Assembly (NCBI GenBank): GCA_016715815.1
Contig: JADJXN010000004.1
Span: forward strand, 11,123 to 75,122
Direction of reading: 5' to 3'
DNA: 64,000 bases
Source: Oligoflexia bacterium
GTDB taxonomy: Bacteria > Bdellovibrionota > Bdellovibrionia > JABDDW01
Positions 1 through 9,758 of the stretch are shown here, in pieces (position 1 is the first letter of the stretch; each line of letters opens with the position of its first letter). Both the position numbers and the translations under genes were made by a program. The notes beneath the pieces were generated by a model. The model made no database searches, was not told where the DNA came from, and saw only the letters and a program-made list of their open reading frames with translations.

Positions 1-29
1 AAAACATTAAGCAATAATTTTTTATATAT

Positions 30-1181
30 CTATTTTTTTAATGCTCTCAAGGCAGATTTGTATTTTGGAGTCTGAGTGATTTTGCCACCATGCTGACTTG
101 CAAAATGCTGTAGCTGTGTCTGCCAAGCGTTCAAATTATCACCAAGAAGCGATTTGCCCTCTGGTGTGAATTCCATTTCTATCTGGTGCATAGCATTTTT
201 AGATTTAAATAAATCTTCTGAAATGTTTAAAACTTTTAACATATTTGAGGGGTTAAGCGCCATAAAAGAGTCAAATGTTATAAATCCTATCTTTTCCCTT
301 CCATACTTTATGTCAGTGGCCAGATATTCTTTTGTGGCAGTATCTAAAAACAAGTTTGCTGTTAACCTTAAATTTAACACCTCGACAATGGGTCTAAGTT
401 TAAGTTTATTTGCAGTACCCTTCCAACCTAATGTCTTTAAAGTGCTTTCAACAATATTATTTAAATCAGTTTCAGTTATATTGGCCGGCAACTTAATTTG
501 AACTTCCATTCGTTCATGGAATAAATTGCTTGAGCCGGTGTCAAGCTTGATAAAAAGTGACGTACCTGATGCTTTAAATTCCTGTCCATACCTTACAGAA
601 TAGGGGTACCACGTCTTTATTCTGATGGCCATTTTATGTTTGCTGAGGTGTGCGTCTACTGTATCAAAGTACGTTGAAATTTCATATTGAGCACCTACAA
701 TTGCAGAATTTTGGTGAGTATTTCCGTCGGGGTCTGTTTCTGAGCGAATGACAATATTTTTATAAAATGCACCAGGCATGTTGGGTGTGGGGTCAAAAGT
801 AGTGCCATGCCACTTTTCATTCTCAGATTTTAGAGGGTTAACCATAATAGATTGATCATGCTGGCGTAATTGCTTTTTCCTAGCTTCTTTTAAGGGCATT
901 GAGACACTGGCAATAGACCAGTCGGCACCTTTTAAGTGCTCAGCTAAAACCTGTTCAGCTGGTTTTGGAAGCATTATTCTTAATTCTGTTTCAGGGTTAA
1001 TTGAGCCTGAAAGTTTTATTTTTTTACCGTTTACCTTGGTTTGAACATAAAAATTTTTAGCCCTCTGAGATCCTGTGATAGTTTTTGCTAAAGCAGTTAG
1101 ACAAGGGGCCGGCACTGCTGCTACAGAAAGCTGAGAGATTGACAGGCTCGCTAAAATAAATTTTACTATAGTTGCTAACAT
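30..1181 (-). CDS. Exported hypothetical protein (383 aa); weak CYTH-like strand pattern in the C-terminal half
   Basis: Long ORF with a hydrophobic N-terminus (MLATIVKFILASLSISQLSVAAVPA). Alternating charged strands (IRIKT, ERMEVQIKL, ITFDSF, HQIEMEF) loosely recall CYTH motifs. No firm family assignment. Confidence 0.55.
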   Translation of the reverse strand: MLATIVKFILASLSISQLSVAAVPAPCLTALAKTITGSQRAKNFYVQTKVNGKKIKLSGSINPETELRIMLPKPAEQVLAEHLKGADWSIASVSMPLKEARKKQLRQHDQSIMVNPLKSENEKWHGTTFDPTPNMPGAFYKNIVIRSETDPDGNTHQNSAIVGAQYEISTYFDTVDAHLSKHKMAIRIKTWYPYSVRYGQEFKASGTSLFIKLDTGSSNLFHERMEVQIKLPANITETDLNNIVESTLKTLGWKGTANKLKLRPIVEVLNLRLTANLFLDTATKEYLATDIKYGREKIGFITFDSFMALNPSNMLKVLNISEDLFKSKNAMHQIEMEFTPEGKSLLGDNLNAWQTQLQHFASQHGGKITQTPKYKSALRALKK

Positions 1182-1289
1182 AACGTTCAGTCGTGCAATT
1201 GGTGTGCTCAGGCTGGTAAGGTTTTTGGGGAGTGGGTTCTGTCAAAGTTGTTGCCACATAAACGCAAATAGGCATATTGTTTTATAGCA

Positions 1290-1628
1290 ATGACAGCAAC
1301 CAAGGTAATTCTATTACTTATTTTAAGTAACGCATTTATGACATTTGCTTGGTATGGACACCTAAAAGCACTTGGCTCAAAACCTCTATGGGTTGTCATT
1401 ATAATAAGCTGGTTTATAGCTTTTTTTGAATATAGCCTTCAAGTACCCGCCAACCGTATAGGTTTTGGCTATTTTACGCTGCCTCAGCTGAAGATCATTC
1501 AGGAAGTTATAACCCTTTTGGTTTTTGTTGTTTTTGCGGTGTTCTATATGGGGGTAAAACCAAGCCTTAACTTCTTGTGGGCAAGTTTGTGTTTAATTGG
1601 CGCTGTCTATTTTATTTTTCAAGACTAA
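1290..1628 (+). CDS. Small DMT-superfamily membrane protein (DUF486-like, 112 aa)
   Basis: About 110 aa with 4 TM segments. Motifs LSNAFMTFAWYGHLK and FEYSLQVPANRIG ... LKIIQEVITL are typical of the DUF486 DMT family as I recall it. Confidence 0.8.
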   Translation: MTATKVILLLILSNAFMTFAWYGHLKALGSKPLWVVIIISWFIAFFEYSLQVPANRIGFGYFTLPQLKIIQEVITLLVFVVFAVFYMGVKPSLNFLWASLCLIGAVYFIFQD

Positions 1629-1705
1629 ATATTCCTATAGTTTTTAAAATCAAACTCCGAGAAGTTCTCAACTTCAAAAAAACAAAAAATCTGAAAGGAA
1701 AATCT

Positions 1706-2110
1706 ATGACAAAACATAAAGCGTACAAATACGGGACCCATACCTTAAGAGCCTATTGCAAGCCAGTTGGCGAGGGGTATGAAGTGGGTCTTACATGCCG
1801 CGGCCGCACTTACTTTGTAGGAAATTTTATCCATAAAGAAGAGGCCTTTAAGTGGTGGGCGCAATTTAATAAGGAGATTACATTATTTGCTAAAAAGCAC
1901 TGGGTCTCTGAAGACGTTTCCTTCACATGGTACTGCAAATTCTTAGGTGCCTACTTATATAAGTGCTATTATAAATTTCTTGATAAGCTTTTTGCAAAGT
2001 ATAACAAGACTTTCCACAAGGCTTATTCAAAAGATGCACGTAAGTACAGAAAAATGAAGAAGCATTTTGACTATGAAGATAAAAATGAGTTTATTTTCAA
2101 AGCTGCTTAA
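1706..2110 (+). CDS. Small basic Trp/Tyr/Lys-rich protein (134 aa) with an AP2/Arm-type DNA-binding-like motif
   Basis: ATG at 1706 is preceded by GAAAGGA. The upstream part of the 1577 ORF overlaps the DMT gene and was dropped. Motif GYEVGL..GRTYFVGNFIHKEEAFKWW resembles the AP2/integrase arm-binding fold. Confidence 0.5.
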   Translation: MTKHKAYKYGTHTLRAYCKPVGEGYEVGLTCRGRTYFVGNFIHKEEAFKWWAQFNKEITLFAKKHWVSEDVSFTWYCKFLGAYLYKCYYKFLDKLFAKYNKTFHKAYSKDARKYRKMKKHFDYEDKNEFIFKAA

Positions 2111-2136
2111 TAATTAATACAGCATAGAATACTTTT

Positions 2137-2168
2137 AAAAGCCCGGGCTTAAACACCTTGGGCTTTTT
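2137..2168 (+). terminator. Rho-independent terminator candidate
   Basis: AAAAGCCC (2137-2144) pairs with GGGCTTTT (2160-2167) and is followed by TTTTTATTTT. It lies 27 nt after the stop at 2110. Confidence 0.55.
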
Positions 2169-2210
2169 ATTTTCTTTTAATAGTTCAACCCACAACTTAC
2201 TATTATATAT

Positions 2211-3032
2211 ATGCAAAGCACATGTTATTGTGGCCAAACCAAAGCCCAGCTTGTTAAAGTTTTACCGCAGGCCAAAATTCTTCAATGTGACTTTTGTAAT
2301 CTTATGCGCACGGACCCAAGCCCTTTGGCACAAACAGCAGCTGAGTTTTACGGGAAAGAAAATGTATCAGAAAGTCAAAGTAGTAATATTGAGCTTTGGA
2401 AAAGCTTTTCAAAAGAAATTTTAGATTTTATTAAACCATATAAAAGTAAAGGCAGTTTTTTAGATATAGGTTGTAATATCGGAGTGTTGGTTAATGAGGC
2501 AACACTATATGGTTATATTGCCCAGGGGATTGATTTAAATGTGCAGGCCATAAGTAAAGGCAAAGAATTATTTAATGTAAACTTATCTGCAGCACCATTA
2601 GAAAAACTAGAGAAAAAATTTGATATCATAGCCCTTAACCACACATTAGAACATATCCACAATTTGAGAGATTTTTTTACGCAATTAAAGGCTCATTTAA
2701 ACCCAGAGGGCTTGCTTTTTGTAGCAGTGCCAAATGCTAGAGGCGGTATCCCTTTTGTTTTAGATTTATTAAACCGTAAAAAATCTGGGCGCGGCTCCCA
2801 ATGGTTTTGGTATGGTTATTTGCCCGAGCAACATGTGTGGCAATTTGGCCCACAAGAGCTTAGCAAAATATTTAAAGAAAATGGTTTTAAAATTGTTAAA
2901 TGCAGTGCCAGGCAAAACATGCACTGGGGCGCAACTGCAAACCCTGGAATTCGGTTTAAAATGATGGCCATACTTTGGTGGGTTTTTAAAATTTTTAACC
3001 GAGGCGATAACCTATTTATTTTGGCTCGTTAA
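2211..3032 (+). CDS. Class I SAM-dependent methyltransferase with an N-terminal CxC...CxxC zinc-ribbon-like segment
   Basis: Motif I FLDIGCNIGVL. Later motifs FDIIALNHTLEHI and GLLFVAVPN. N-terminal cysteines in MQSTCYCG...QCDFCN. Confidence 0.75.
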   Translation: MQSTCYCGQTKAQLVKVLPQAKILQCDFCNLMRTDPSPLAQTAAEFYGKENVSESQSSNIELWKSFSKEILDFIKPYKSKGSFLDIGCNIGVLVNEATLYGYIAQGIDLNVQAISKGKELFNVNLSAAPLEKLEKKFDIIALNHTLEHIHNLRDFFTQLKAHLNPEGLLFVAVPNARGGIPFVLDLLNRKKSGRGSQWFWYGYLPEQHVWQFGPQELSKIFKENGFKIVKCSARQNMHWGATANPGIRFKMMAILWWVFKIFNRGDNLFILAR

Positions 3033-4020
3033 CTGAGTGAACCACGCGCTGGGGAAATGGAATCTCAATATTTTCTTGTTTAAAACGCTCATGAAGGCGT
3101 TTAATAAATTCATGTTTAATAATATGTTGGTCTACAAACTGTTTCCCTCTGAGAATAACGGTAAAATTAATACTTGAATCAGAAAATAAGTTGTAGCGAA
3201 TAAATGGTACAAAATCAGAAACGCCACCTTCAACGGTTTTTAAAACGTCGCCTGCGACTTCTGTGGCGACTCTTTCTACATGTTTTAAGTCGCTATTATA
3301 AGAAACACCTACATCAACTAGAACGGCCATTTCAGGCTCAGATAAATCATAATTAATAATTTTAGCACTGGCTATTTTTGAATTGGGAATAACAACAATA
3401 TTATTAGCAGGCATTTTTATTTGTGTGCTCCGCCAGCCAATTTTTATAACGGTTCCCACTGTGCCCCCTTCAATTTCTACAAAATCCCCAACCCTTATGG
3501 GTTTATCTACAAGTAGGTATATACCACTAAAAAAATTACCCAAAGTGTCCTGAAGGGCAAGGGCGACAGCTAGAGAGCCTATACCTAAGGAGGCCAAGAT
3601 GGGCGTGATAGAAATTCCAAGGGTTTCTAAAACTACAAGCACACCAACAACTAAAAAAAGAACTCTAACAATTGTGTGAGAAAGATTGCGTCCGCCACCT
3701 GTTACTGAAGTAATAAAAGACGAGGCAAAAAATACGGAGATAATACGGTCTAATATCCAAATAAAAACTAAAATAAGTAGTATTTTAAAAACCTGAGTTG
3801 CAAATAACTCAGATCTTATTTTTTCTGGAATAAATATTTGAGCAATTCCAAGAGATATAATTGCGACTAATATATAAAAGGGCGTGTTGAGGCGTTGAAA
3901 CAATAACTTTTTTGCACCATTGTTTGCAGCGTATTTCCAAAAAATGTGCTTAATTACGTAAAGCACCAAAAATGTGAGTATAAAAGTTAAAGCTGAAAGT
4001 GCCCACCAAGTTAAATTCAT
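3016..4020 (-). CDS. Mechanosensitive ion channel, MscS family
   Basis: N-terminal TM helices followed by the MscS beta-domain signature PIRVGDFVEIEGGTVGTVIKIGWRSTQIKMPANNIVVIPNSKI. Confidence 0.85.
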   Translation of the reverse strand: MNLTWWALSALTFILTFLVLYVIKHIFWKYAANNGAKKLLFQRLNTPFYILVAIISLGIAQIFIPEKIRSELFATQVFKILLILVFIWILDRIISVFFASSFITSVTGGGRNLSHTIVRVLFLVVGVLVVLETLGISITPILASLGIGSLAVALALQDTLGNFFSGIYLLVDKPIRVGDFVEIEGGTVGTVIKIGWRSTQIKMPANNIVVIPNSKIASAKIINYDLSEPEMAVLVDVGVSYNSDLKHVERVATEVAGDVLKTVEGGVSDFVPFIRYNLFSDSSINFTVILRGKQFVDQHIIKHEFIKRLHERFKQENIEIPFPQRVVHSVNEPK

Positions 4021-4068
4021 TATTTATGCGTTATCAAACAAATAAGCTTTTAGTCAAGTTATACAAAA

Positions 4069-5286
4069 TTAAAGTTTGCTGTCAGGGGGATTAATGCCAG
4101 AAAAAGTTTCTTCAACTAAATCTTGGCGTCTTAATAAAAATTTTAAAATGATTGAGGGTAGAAGAGTTACAAATATTGTGTAATAAATAAGGGCACCTAA
4201 AACATAATTATGTGTCAAACCTGAGAATTTTAAAAGATCAACCATGACAAGGCCGAATACCAAAGTGGGTAAAAGGCTTGTGGCAATAGGTAGACTTTGC
4301 TGTAAGGATTCATGCATAAAATATTTTCTGTGTAGAACAAGTGTTCCCAGTCTTATTGGAACTAATAAAACTAAAAGAGCAAGTCCTATAAGCAGAGCGT
4401 GTAGTGACATTACATCTTGGTCTAATCTCAGGCCTGCATAAAAAAAGTAAAAAGGCATAAAAAACGAGGCAAAAAATTTGGCCGTTTTTTCAAACTCTTC
4501 TTTAGGATTTTTTGAAATATTTTTTTCGTAAAAATTAACTGTAAAGCCAACTAAAAATGCGCCAACAAGATAATAGGCGCCAAGCTTTTTGGTTAATGTG
4601 CCAGTAGCCACTGCTAAGAGAAGTAAAAAGCTAAAATCCGCCCCCGGGGATTTAATAGCAATGCGTCTTGAAACCCAATGAAATATTAAAGGTAAAGTAA
4701 AAAGTAAAATAATAATAGTGGCAACAGAAAGCAATAGCTTTAATGGCGTTTCAGATTGAAACATTAGTAGCAGTAAAAGAGCTAAAATTTCAGCAGCAAT
4801 AGCCATGTTTTTAACCCAGTTTTTTTGCTCACCATTTAATTTTGTTGAAGGCAAAGTGTCTAATATAAATCCTGTAGAGGGTGTTACAAGAGCCAGTGCA
4901 ATTAGTGCTGAAATTTGCCAGTTAAAATGAGTTAAGTATTTTAGTAAAGCCGTAATAAGGACAATGATAGTGCCGCGAAAGATAAGGTGTTGGGTCAAGG
5001 GTTTTGAGTTTTTCTTCAATTCATCAAAATCAAGTTCTAACCCTGCATACAAAAATAACGATGAAATACCTAGAGTTGCAAAAACGGGTATTACTTCACT
5101 ATCTGAAAAGATCTCTAAAATATTTGCGGAGATAAAACCTAAAACAAATGCCCCTAATCCTGCGGGAAGACCAAAGCGAGAAAGGATTCTTGGCAAAATA
5201 AAAAGCATGACAATCAAAACAACGTAGGTAAGATCGTTTAAATCTAAAAAATGAAAAAAATCTTTTATTGATTCTAGCACTGCCAC
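4069..5286 (-). CDS. Cation:proton antiporter (CPA1/CPA2-like Na+/H+ exchanger family), membrane domain only
   Basis: 405 aa polytopic membrane protein. The N-terminal LPRILSRFGLPAGLGAFVLGFI pattern is typical of Kef/NapA-type exchangers. Confidence 0.7.
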   Translation of the reverse strand: MAVLESIKDFFHFLDLNDLTYVVLIVMLFILPRILSRFGLPAGLGAFVLGFISANILEIFSDSEVIPVFATLGISSLFLYAGLELDFDELKKNSKPLTQHLIFRGTIIVLITALLKYLTHFNWQISALIALALVTPSTGFILDTLPSTKLNGEQKNWVKNMAIAAEILALLLLLMFQSETPLKLLLSVATIIILLFTLPLIFHWVSRRIAIKSPGADFSFLLLLAVATGTLTKKLGAYYLVGAFLVGFTVNFYEKNISKNPKEEFEKTAKFFASFFMPFYFFYAGLRLDQDVMSLHALLIGLALLVLLVPIRLGTLVLHRKYFMHESLQQSLPIATSLLPTLVFGLVMVDLLKFSGLTHNYVLGALIYYTIFVTLLPSIILKFLLRRQDLVEETFSGINPPDSKL

Positions 5287-5316
5287 AATAATAGCTTGTG
5301 GGAAAATAATGTCTAT

Positions 5317-8300
5317 TTATTTTTGCCTCAAAGATTTGCCCCAAATTTTAATGTCTTCAACAATTTTTAGCACGGCTGGAAATATAAGAACGGTTAAAAT
5401 TGACCCAATCATAAGCCCCCAACCCAGAGCTAAAGCTAAAGACATAACAAAATCATCATTGCCGCCAATTCCGTAAGCAGTAGGCATTAAACCTAAAACG
5501 GTTGTCAATGAAGTAAGAATAATAGGTCTTAATCTTGTGGTGGCAGCCTCTATCAAAGCGTCATCAATATTTAAGCCTTCTTTTTTCTTCGCGTTAAAAA
5601 AGTCTATGTAAACAATGGTATTATTAACAATAACTCCAGCAAGGGCAATAATGCCAAGCATTGACATAAAGCTTAGGGGACGGCCATGAATTAAAAGTGC
5701 AAAAACAACACCCATAAAGCCCAATGGCAAGGCCAAAAGTACCAATAGCGGCTGCAAAAAGCTTTGAAAGGTTAAAACTAAAATCATAAATATTAAAAGC
5801 CCTGCTACTGCAAAAGCTCTAGCTAAGCTTTTCATGCTTTCTTCAGTGTCTTCATTCTCGCCGCCAAATCCAATTTCATATTGAGGTGGGTATTTTTTTA
5901 AAACCTTTTTTAGTTTTTGCTGAAGGGTCTCTGTGGCCTTAAGAGCAGTTGTTTTATTTGTGTCAACCTGGGCTGAAACATTTAGAATTCTTTTATATTT
6001 TTCGTGTTGAATAATTAATCTGGAATCTGCTTCTGAAAATGTCGCTATTTTTTCTAATGGAACAAGGTTGCCCTGCTGAGTACCTATATGAATTTGCTTA
6101 AGCTGCTGAGTGGCATCTTCTTGTGGTGGCTTTATTTGCACTCTAATATCAATTTCTTCATCAAGGTTGCGTGAGCTTGAAGCGACAACTCCAGCAAAAG
6201 TGGCTCTTACTGTTGTTGCAATTTCTCTAACACTAAGGTCAGTGCGCCTTACTTGCTCAGGGATGGGGGAAATTTTAACTTCCTTTTTACCTATTACCTC
6301 TGAGTCTTCGATGTCTTGAACACCTTCAATTTTTACTAAAATTGCTTTAATGTCATCTGCTATGTTTCTTAAAATTTTAAAATCATCTCCAAAGATGTTA
6401 ACTGAAATTGGTTTTCCTTGTGGGGGGCCACCTTGAGCAATTTCAAAATTAATTCTAGTTGCACCCTCAGGAAGCGGGATTTTTTTTCTTAAATCAGTGA
6501 TAATGTCATTAACAGTGCGGTCACGGTCGTCCTCGGGTGTTAGGTTAACTAGTATTTGGGCATAATGTGAGGCTCTTTTTGTAAAAGGGTCATTTGGCTC
6601 GGTTTGTTGAATTCCAATCATGGATGTGTAATCAATTAATTCCTTTTTGGGAAGTGTGGCCACATAGGGCTCTACTTTTTGAACTATTTCAGACATCTCC
6701 TTCAACGGGGCTCCAGCTTTTGCATCAACACGAATAATAAAAGTATAAATTCCCTCTGGTGGAAAAAGAATAAAACGCATTTGAGTTGTTAAAATTCCTG
6801 TTAAAACCAAAGTCAGAAAAAATATAAAAGCTGTTGTTTTCCTTTTGCGCACACTAAGCGCAATTAAGGAGCGGTAATAAGGTAAGAACCTGTCATACCA
6901 ATGAACTTTTTTAGCTCCTTCTTTTATTTTAAAAATATTTTTTGTCAAAGAGCTTCCTACAAGAGTAAGCATATGTCCTGGAGCCACAACAAAAGCTTCA
7001 ACTAGTGAAAATAAAAGCGGTAAAATGACAAGCAGAGGAATTTCAAAAATAAATTTTCCAAAAATGCCAGACATAAATAGCATGGGAGCAAAAGCGGCAA
7101 CTGTCGTTAACACAGAGGCCACAACGGGGGGTATCATTTCTGTGGCGCCTGTTACAATGGCTTCATCTCTATCTTCCCCCGATTCTAGACGCCTATATAT
7201 ATTTTCAGTAACAACAATGGTGTCATCAACAAGCATTCCAGAAACAATAATTAAACCAATTAGTGAGACCAGATTTAGTGAAAACCCAAGGTATTGGATT
7301 ACACAAATTGCCGATAACATTGAAAATGGAATTCCTATTGCAACGACTAAAGCCACTCGAAAAGGTAAAAACAAAGCTAAAATTAAACACACAAGCACAA
7401 TTCCTATTGCCATATTCCCGCTAAGCGTGCCTAGGCGCTCTTTTAAATAAAATGTAAAATCATTTACAAATGTATAATCCACACCAGGAGGAAGAGTTTT
7501 TTTAAGCGCTGCCATTTTTTCTCTAACTTTGGCCATTGTTTTTAAGGCGTCAGCATTTTCTTTTTTAATAACTGTAAATTTAAATGAGGGTACACCATTT
7601 GAGCGGTACAAAATTGTTGGTTTCTCAAGGCCCTCCCTGACCTCTGCTACATCTTTTATGCGTACCCCATAGCCTTCAAAATTAAGTCTTACCAAGGCAT
7701 CTTCAATATGCTCTTTAGATTTATATTCCCCATCAGTTTTAGCGGACATTTCTTTTCCATCTGGTAAAAGAATGTCGCCGGCAGGCATTTGAATATTTTG
7801 TCCGCTAATGGCATCAATAATATTAGTTAAAGATATATGATGTTTTGTCGCTTTGGCTTGATCCACCAAAACTTGGAATTCTTTTTTTCTCCAAGCGTCT
7901 TTGGTAATTCTTGCAACACCTGGGACATTAGCTAATTCATTGGCGACATACTTGGCAAGATCTCTTAGCTCAAGCTCTGAAATGTCTTTAGAGCTAATTG
8001 ATAGCTCTACTATAGGGGATTGACCAGATTCAATGGCAAGGACTACTGGTTTTTCTGCATCTAAAGGGTAGTCCTCAACTTTATCAACTGCTCTTTGAAT
8101 GTCGTCATTTGTCTTTTGTGGGGCCCTTGCATCTGGGTCTAAAATCAGAGTGATAACTGCGCGGTTATCAAGGGCTTGGCTTTGAATTTTTTTAACCCCA
8201 TCCACTTCTCTTAAGGTTTCCTCTAGGGGATTTACAATAAGCTTTTCAACTTGATCAGGAGATGCTCCTGCAAAAACAGCACTTATGACGGTTATATCAA

Positions 8301-8427
8301 ATTCTACTTTCGGAAAAAGATCTTTTCTAATTGTAAATAAAGAATAAATTCCAAATATAAAAACAAGTATTGTCAGAAGGTTTGCAAATAAATGTTGGCT
8401 GTAAAAAAAACGAATGATGTTTTTCAT
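5317..8427 (-). CDS. RND efflux transporter permease (AcrB/AcrD/AcrF family)
   Basis: 1036 aa with a 12-TM architecture and two large periplasmic loops. Typical N-terminus (FFYSQHLFANLLTILVFIFGIYSL...) and TM4-like VDDTIVVTENI. Confidence 0.9.
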   Translation of the reverse strand: MKNIIRFFYSQHLFANLLTILVFIFGIYSLFTIRKDLFPKVEFDITVISAVFAGASPDQVEKLIVNPLEETLREVDGVKKIQSQALDNRAVITLILDPDARAPQKTNDDIQRAVDKVEDYPLDAEKPVVLAIESGQSPIVELSISSKDISELELRDLAKYVANELANVPGVARITKDAWRKKEFQVLVDQAKATKHHISLTNIIDAISGQNIQMPAGDILLPDGKEMSAKTDGEYKSKEHIEDALVRLNFEGYGVRIKDVAEVREGLEKPTILYRSNGVPSFKFTVIKKENADALKTMAKVREKMAALKKTLPPGVDYTFVNDFTFYLKERLGTLSGNMAIGIVLVCLILALFLPFRVALVVAIGIPFSMLSAICVIQYLGFSLNLVSLIGLIIVSGMLVDDTIVVTENIYRRLESGEDRDEAIVTGATEMIPPVVASVLTTVAAFAPMLFMSGIFGKFIFEIPLLVILPLLFSLVEAFVVAPGHMLTLVGSSLTKNIFKIKEGAKKVHWYDRFLPYYRSLIALSVRKRKTTAFIFFLTLVLTGILTTQMRFILFPPEGIYTFIIRVDAKAGAPLKEMSEIVQKVEPYVATLPKKELIDYTSMIGIQQTEPNDPFTKRASHYAQILVNLTPEDDRDRTVNDIITDLRKKIPLPEGATRINFEIAQGGPPQGKPISVNIFGDDFKILRNIADDIKAILVKIEGVQDIEDSEVIGKKEVKISPIPEQVRRTDLSVREIATTVRATFAGVVASSSRNLDEEIDIRVQIKPPQEDATQQLKQIHIGTQQGNLVPLEKIATFSEADSRLIIQHEKYKRILNVSAQVDTNKTTALKATETLQQKLKKVLKKYPPQYEIGFGGENEDTEESMKSLARAFAVAGLLIFMILVLTFQSFLQPLLVLLALPLGFMGVVFALLIHGRPLSFMSMLGIIALAGVIVNNTIVYIDFFNAKKKEGLNIDDALIEAATTRLRPIILTSLTTVLGLMPTAYGIGGNDDFVMSLALALGWGLMIGSILTVLIFPAVLKIVEDIKIWGKSLRQK

Positions 8428-8555
8428 GATGTATCTGTCCCTATATAAAATGGTAAAATGCTAGGGTGTATAAAACAATCTATCAAAGGTCTGTGCGATC
8501 CTGTGTCATGAAAAGTACTATCAAGATGAGTTTTTTTTAACTAATATCGGTTTAT

Positions 8556-9758
8556 ATGGTTGTTAAAAGAATCTTAGATGGCTCTAAAAAAAGAATCGAA
8601 AAGTTTATAGCAATAGAGGCTTCCTCTGGCATTGTGCTTTTAGTTTGCACCGCCATAGCTATGCTTTTAGCCAACTCTCCCTTTAGCCAGGAGTATTTTG
8701 ATTTTTTACATTTTAATTTTGCAAGCCTAAGTATTCATCATTGGGTTAATGATGCTTTAATGACCATCTTCTTTTTTGTTGTAGGAATGGAAATAAAAAA
8801 AGAAATTGTAGCTGGTGAGCTTTCTGAGCCTAAAAAGGCAGCTCTCCCCATTTTTGCTGCTGTTGGTGGAATGGTAGTGCCGGCCCTTATTTATGCATTT
8901 TTTAATAAACAATACCCTCAAATCCGTGGGTGGGGAATTCCCATGGCAACAGATATTGCATTTGCCATAGGCGTTTTAAGTTTTTTTGGGAAAAAAGTGC
9001 CGTTGCAGTTAAAGGTTTTTTTACTAGCACTTGCCATTATTGATGACTTAGGAGCCGTGCTTGTCATTGCCTTTTTTTACACTAACAAAATTGTAGGCCC
9101 TTATTTAGGATTGGCGGCACTTGGACTAAGTGTCATGATACTTTTAAAAAGAGCCGGAATAAAATCTTATTTAACTTATACAATTGTGGGGGTAATAATT
9201 TGGTTTGCGGTTTTAAAATCAGGTGTACATGCTACTATTTCGGGTGTGATAATAGGGCTTTTAACTCCCCTGCAGTTTCAAAAAAATAAAGGGGATCCAG
9301 CCTCTGAGACTTATTCTCCACTAATATATTTAACCCATAAGCTTCATCCTTGGGTTAGTTTTTTAATCATGCCTCTTTTTGCTCTTAGCAACGCAGGTGT
9401 ACAGCTTTCAGAAATTAATTTAGAAATGATTTTTGCGAATTCCATATTTCAGGGCGTATTTTGGGGTTTATTGTTAGGAAAGCCGGTTGGAATATTTTTA
9501 GCTTCATATATAAGTGTAAAATTGTCTTTAGCGCGCCTACCAGAAAACTCAAACTATGCCCATGTTTGGGCAATAGGTTTTTTAGGGGGAATTGGTTTTA
9601 CAATGGCGCTATTTATTTCAAATCTTGCTCTGTATCCTGCACAAGAGTTGTATTCTAAAATGGGAATTTTATTAGCTTCATTTTTTGCGGCTCATTTGGG
9701 GCTGCTGACTATCTGGCTGAGCACCAAGAGATCTTCTAGCGCATCTTTGGAAAAATAA
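8556..9758 (+). CDS. nhaA: Na+/H+ antiporter NhaA
   Basis: 400 aa. Motifs ASSGIVLLVCTAIAMLLANSP, WVNDALMTIFFFVVGMEIKKE and LLALAIIDDLGAVLVIAFFY (the DD pair). Confidence 0.9.
   Translation: MVVKRILDGSKKRIEKFIAIEASSGIVLLVCTAIAMLLANSPFSQEYFDFLHFNFASLSIHHWVNDALMTIFFFVVGMEIKKEIVAGELSEPKKAALPIFAAVGGMVVPALIYAFFNKQYPQIRGWGIPMATDIAFAIGVLSFFGKKVPLQLKVFLLALAIIDDLGAVLVIAFFYTNKIVGPYLGLAALGLSVMILLKRAGIKSYLTYTIVGVIIWFAVLKSGVHATISGVIIGLLTPLQFQKNKGDPASETYSPLIYLTHKLHPWVSFLIMPLFALSNAGVQLSEINLEMIFANSIFQGVFWGLLLGKPVGIFLASYISVKLSLARLPENSNYAHVWAIGFLGGIGFTMALFISNLALYPAQELYSKMGILLASFFAAHLGLLTIWLSTKRSSSASLEK

Noticed and set aside
1577-1705. N-terminal 43 codons of the 177-aa ORF, and similar 5' extensions of ORFs at 9736-10554, 24868, 34139, 35276, 35308, 52331 and 54057
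   Set aside because: The extensions overlap neighbouring genes or lack an SD. Internal Met or alternative starts with SD and/or signal peptides give more sensible gene models.
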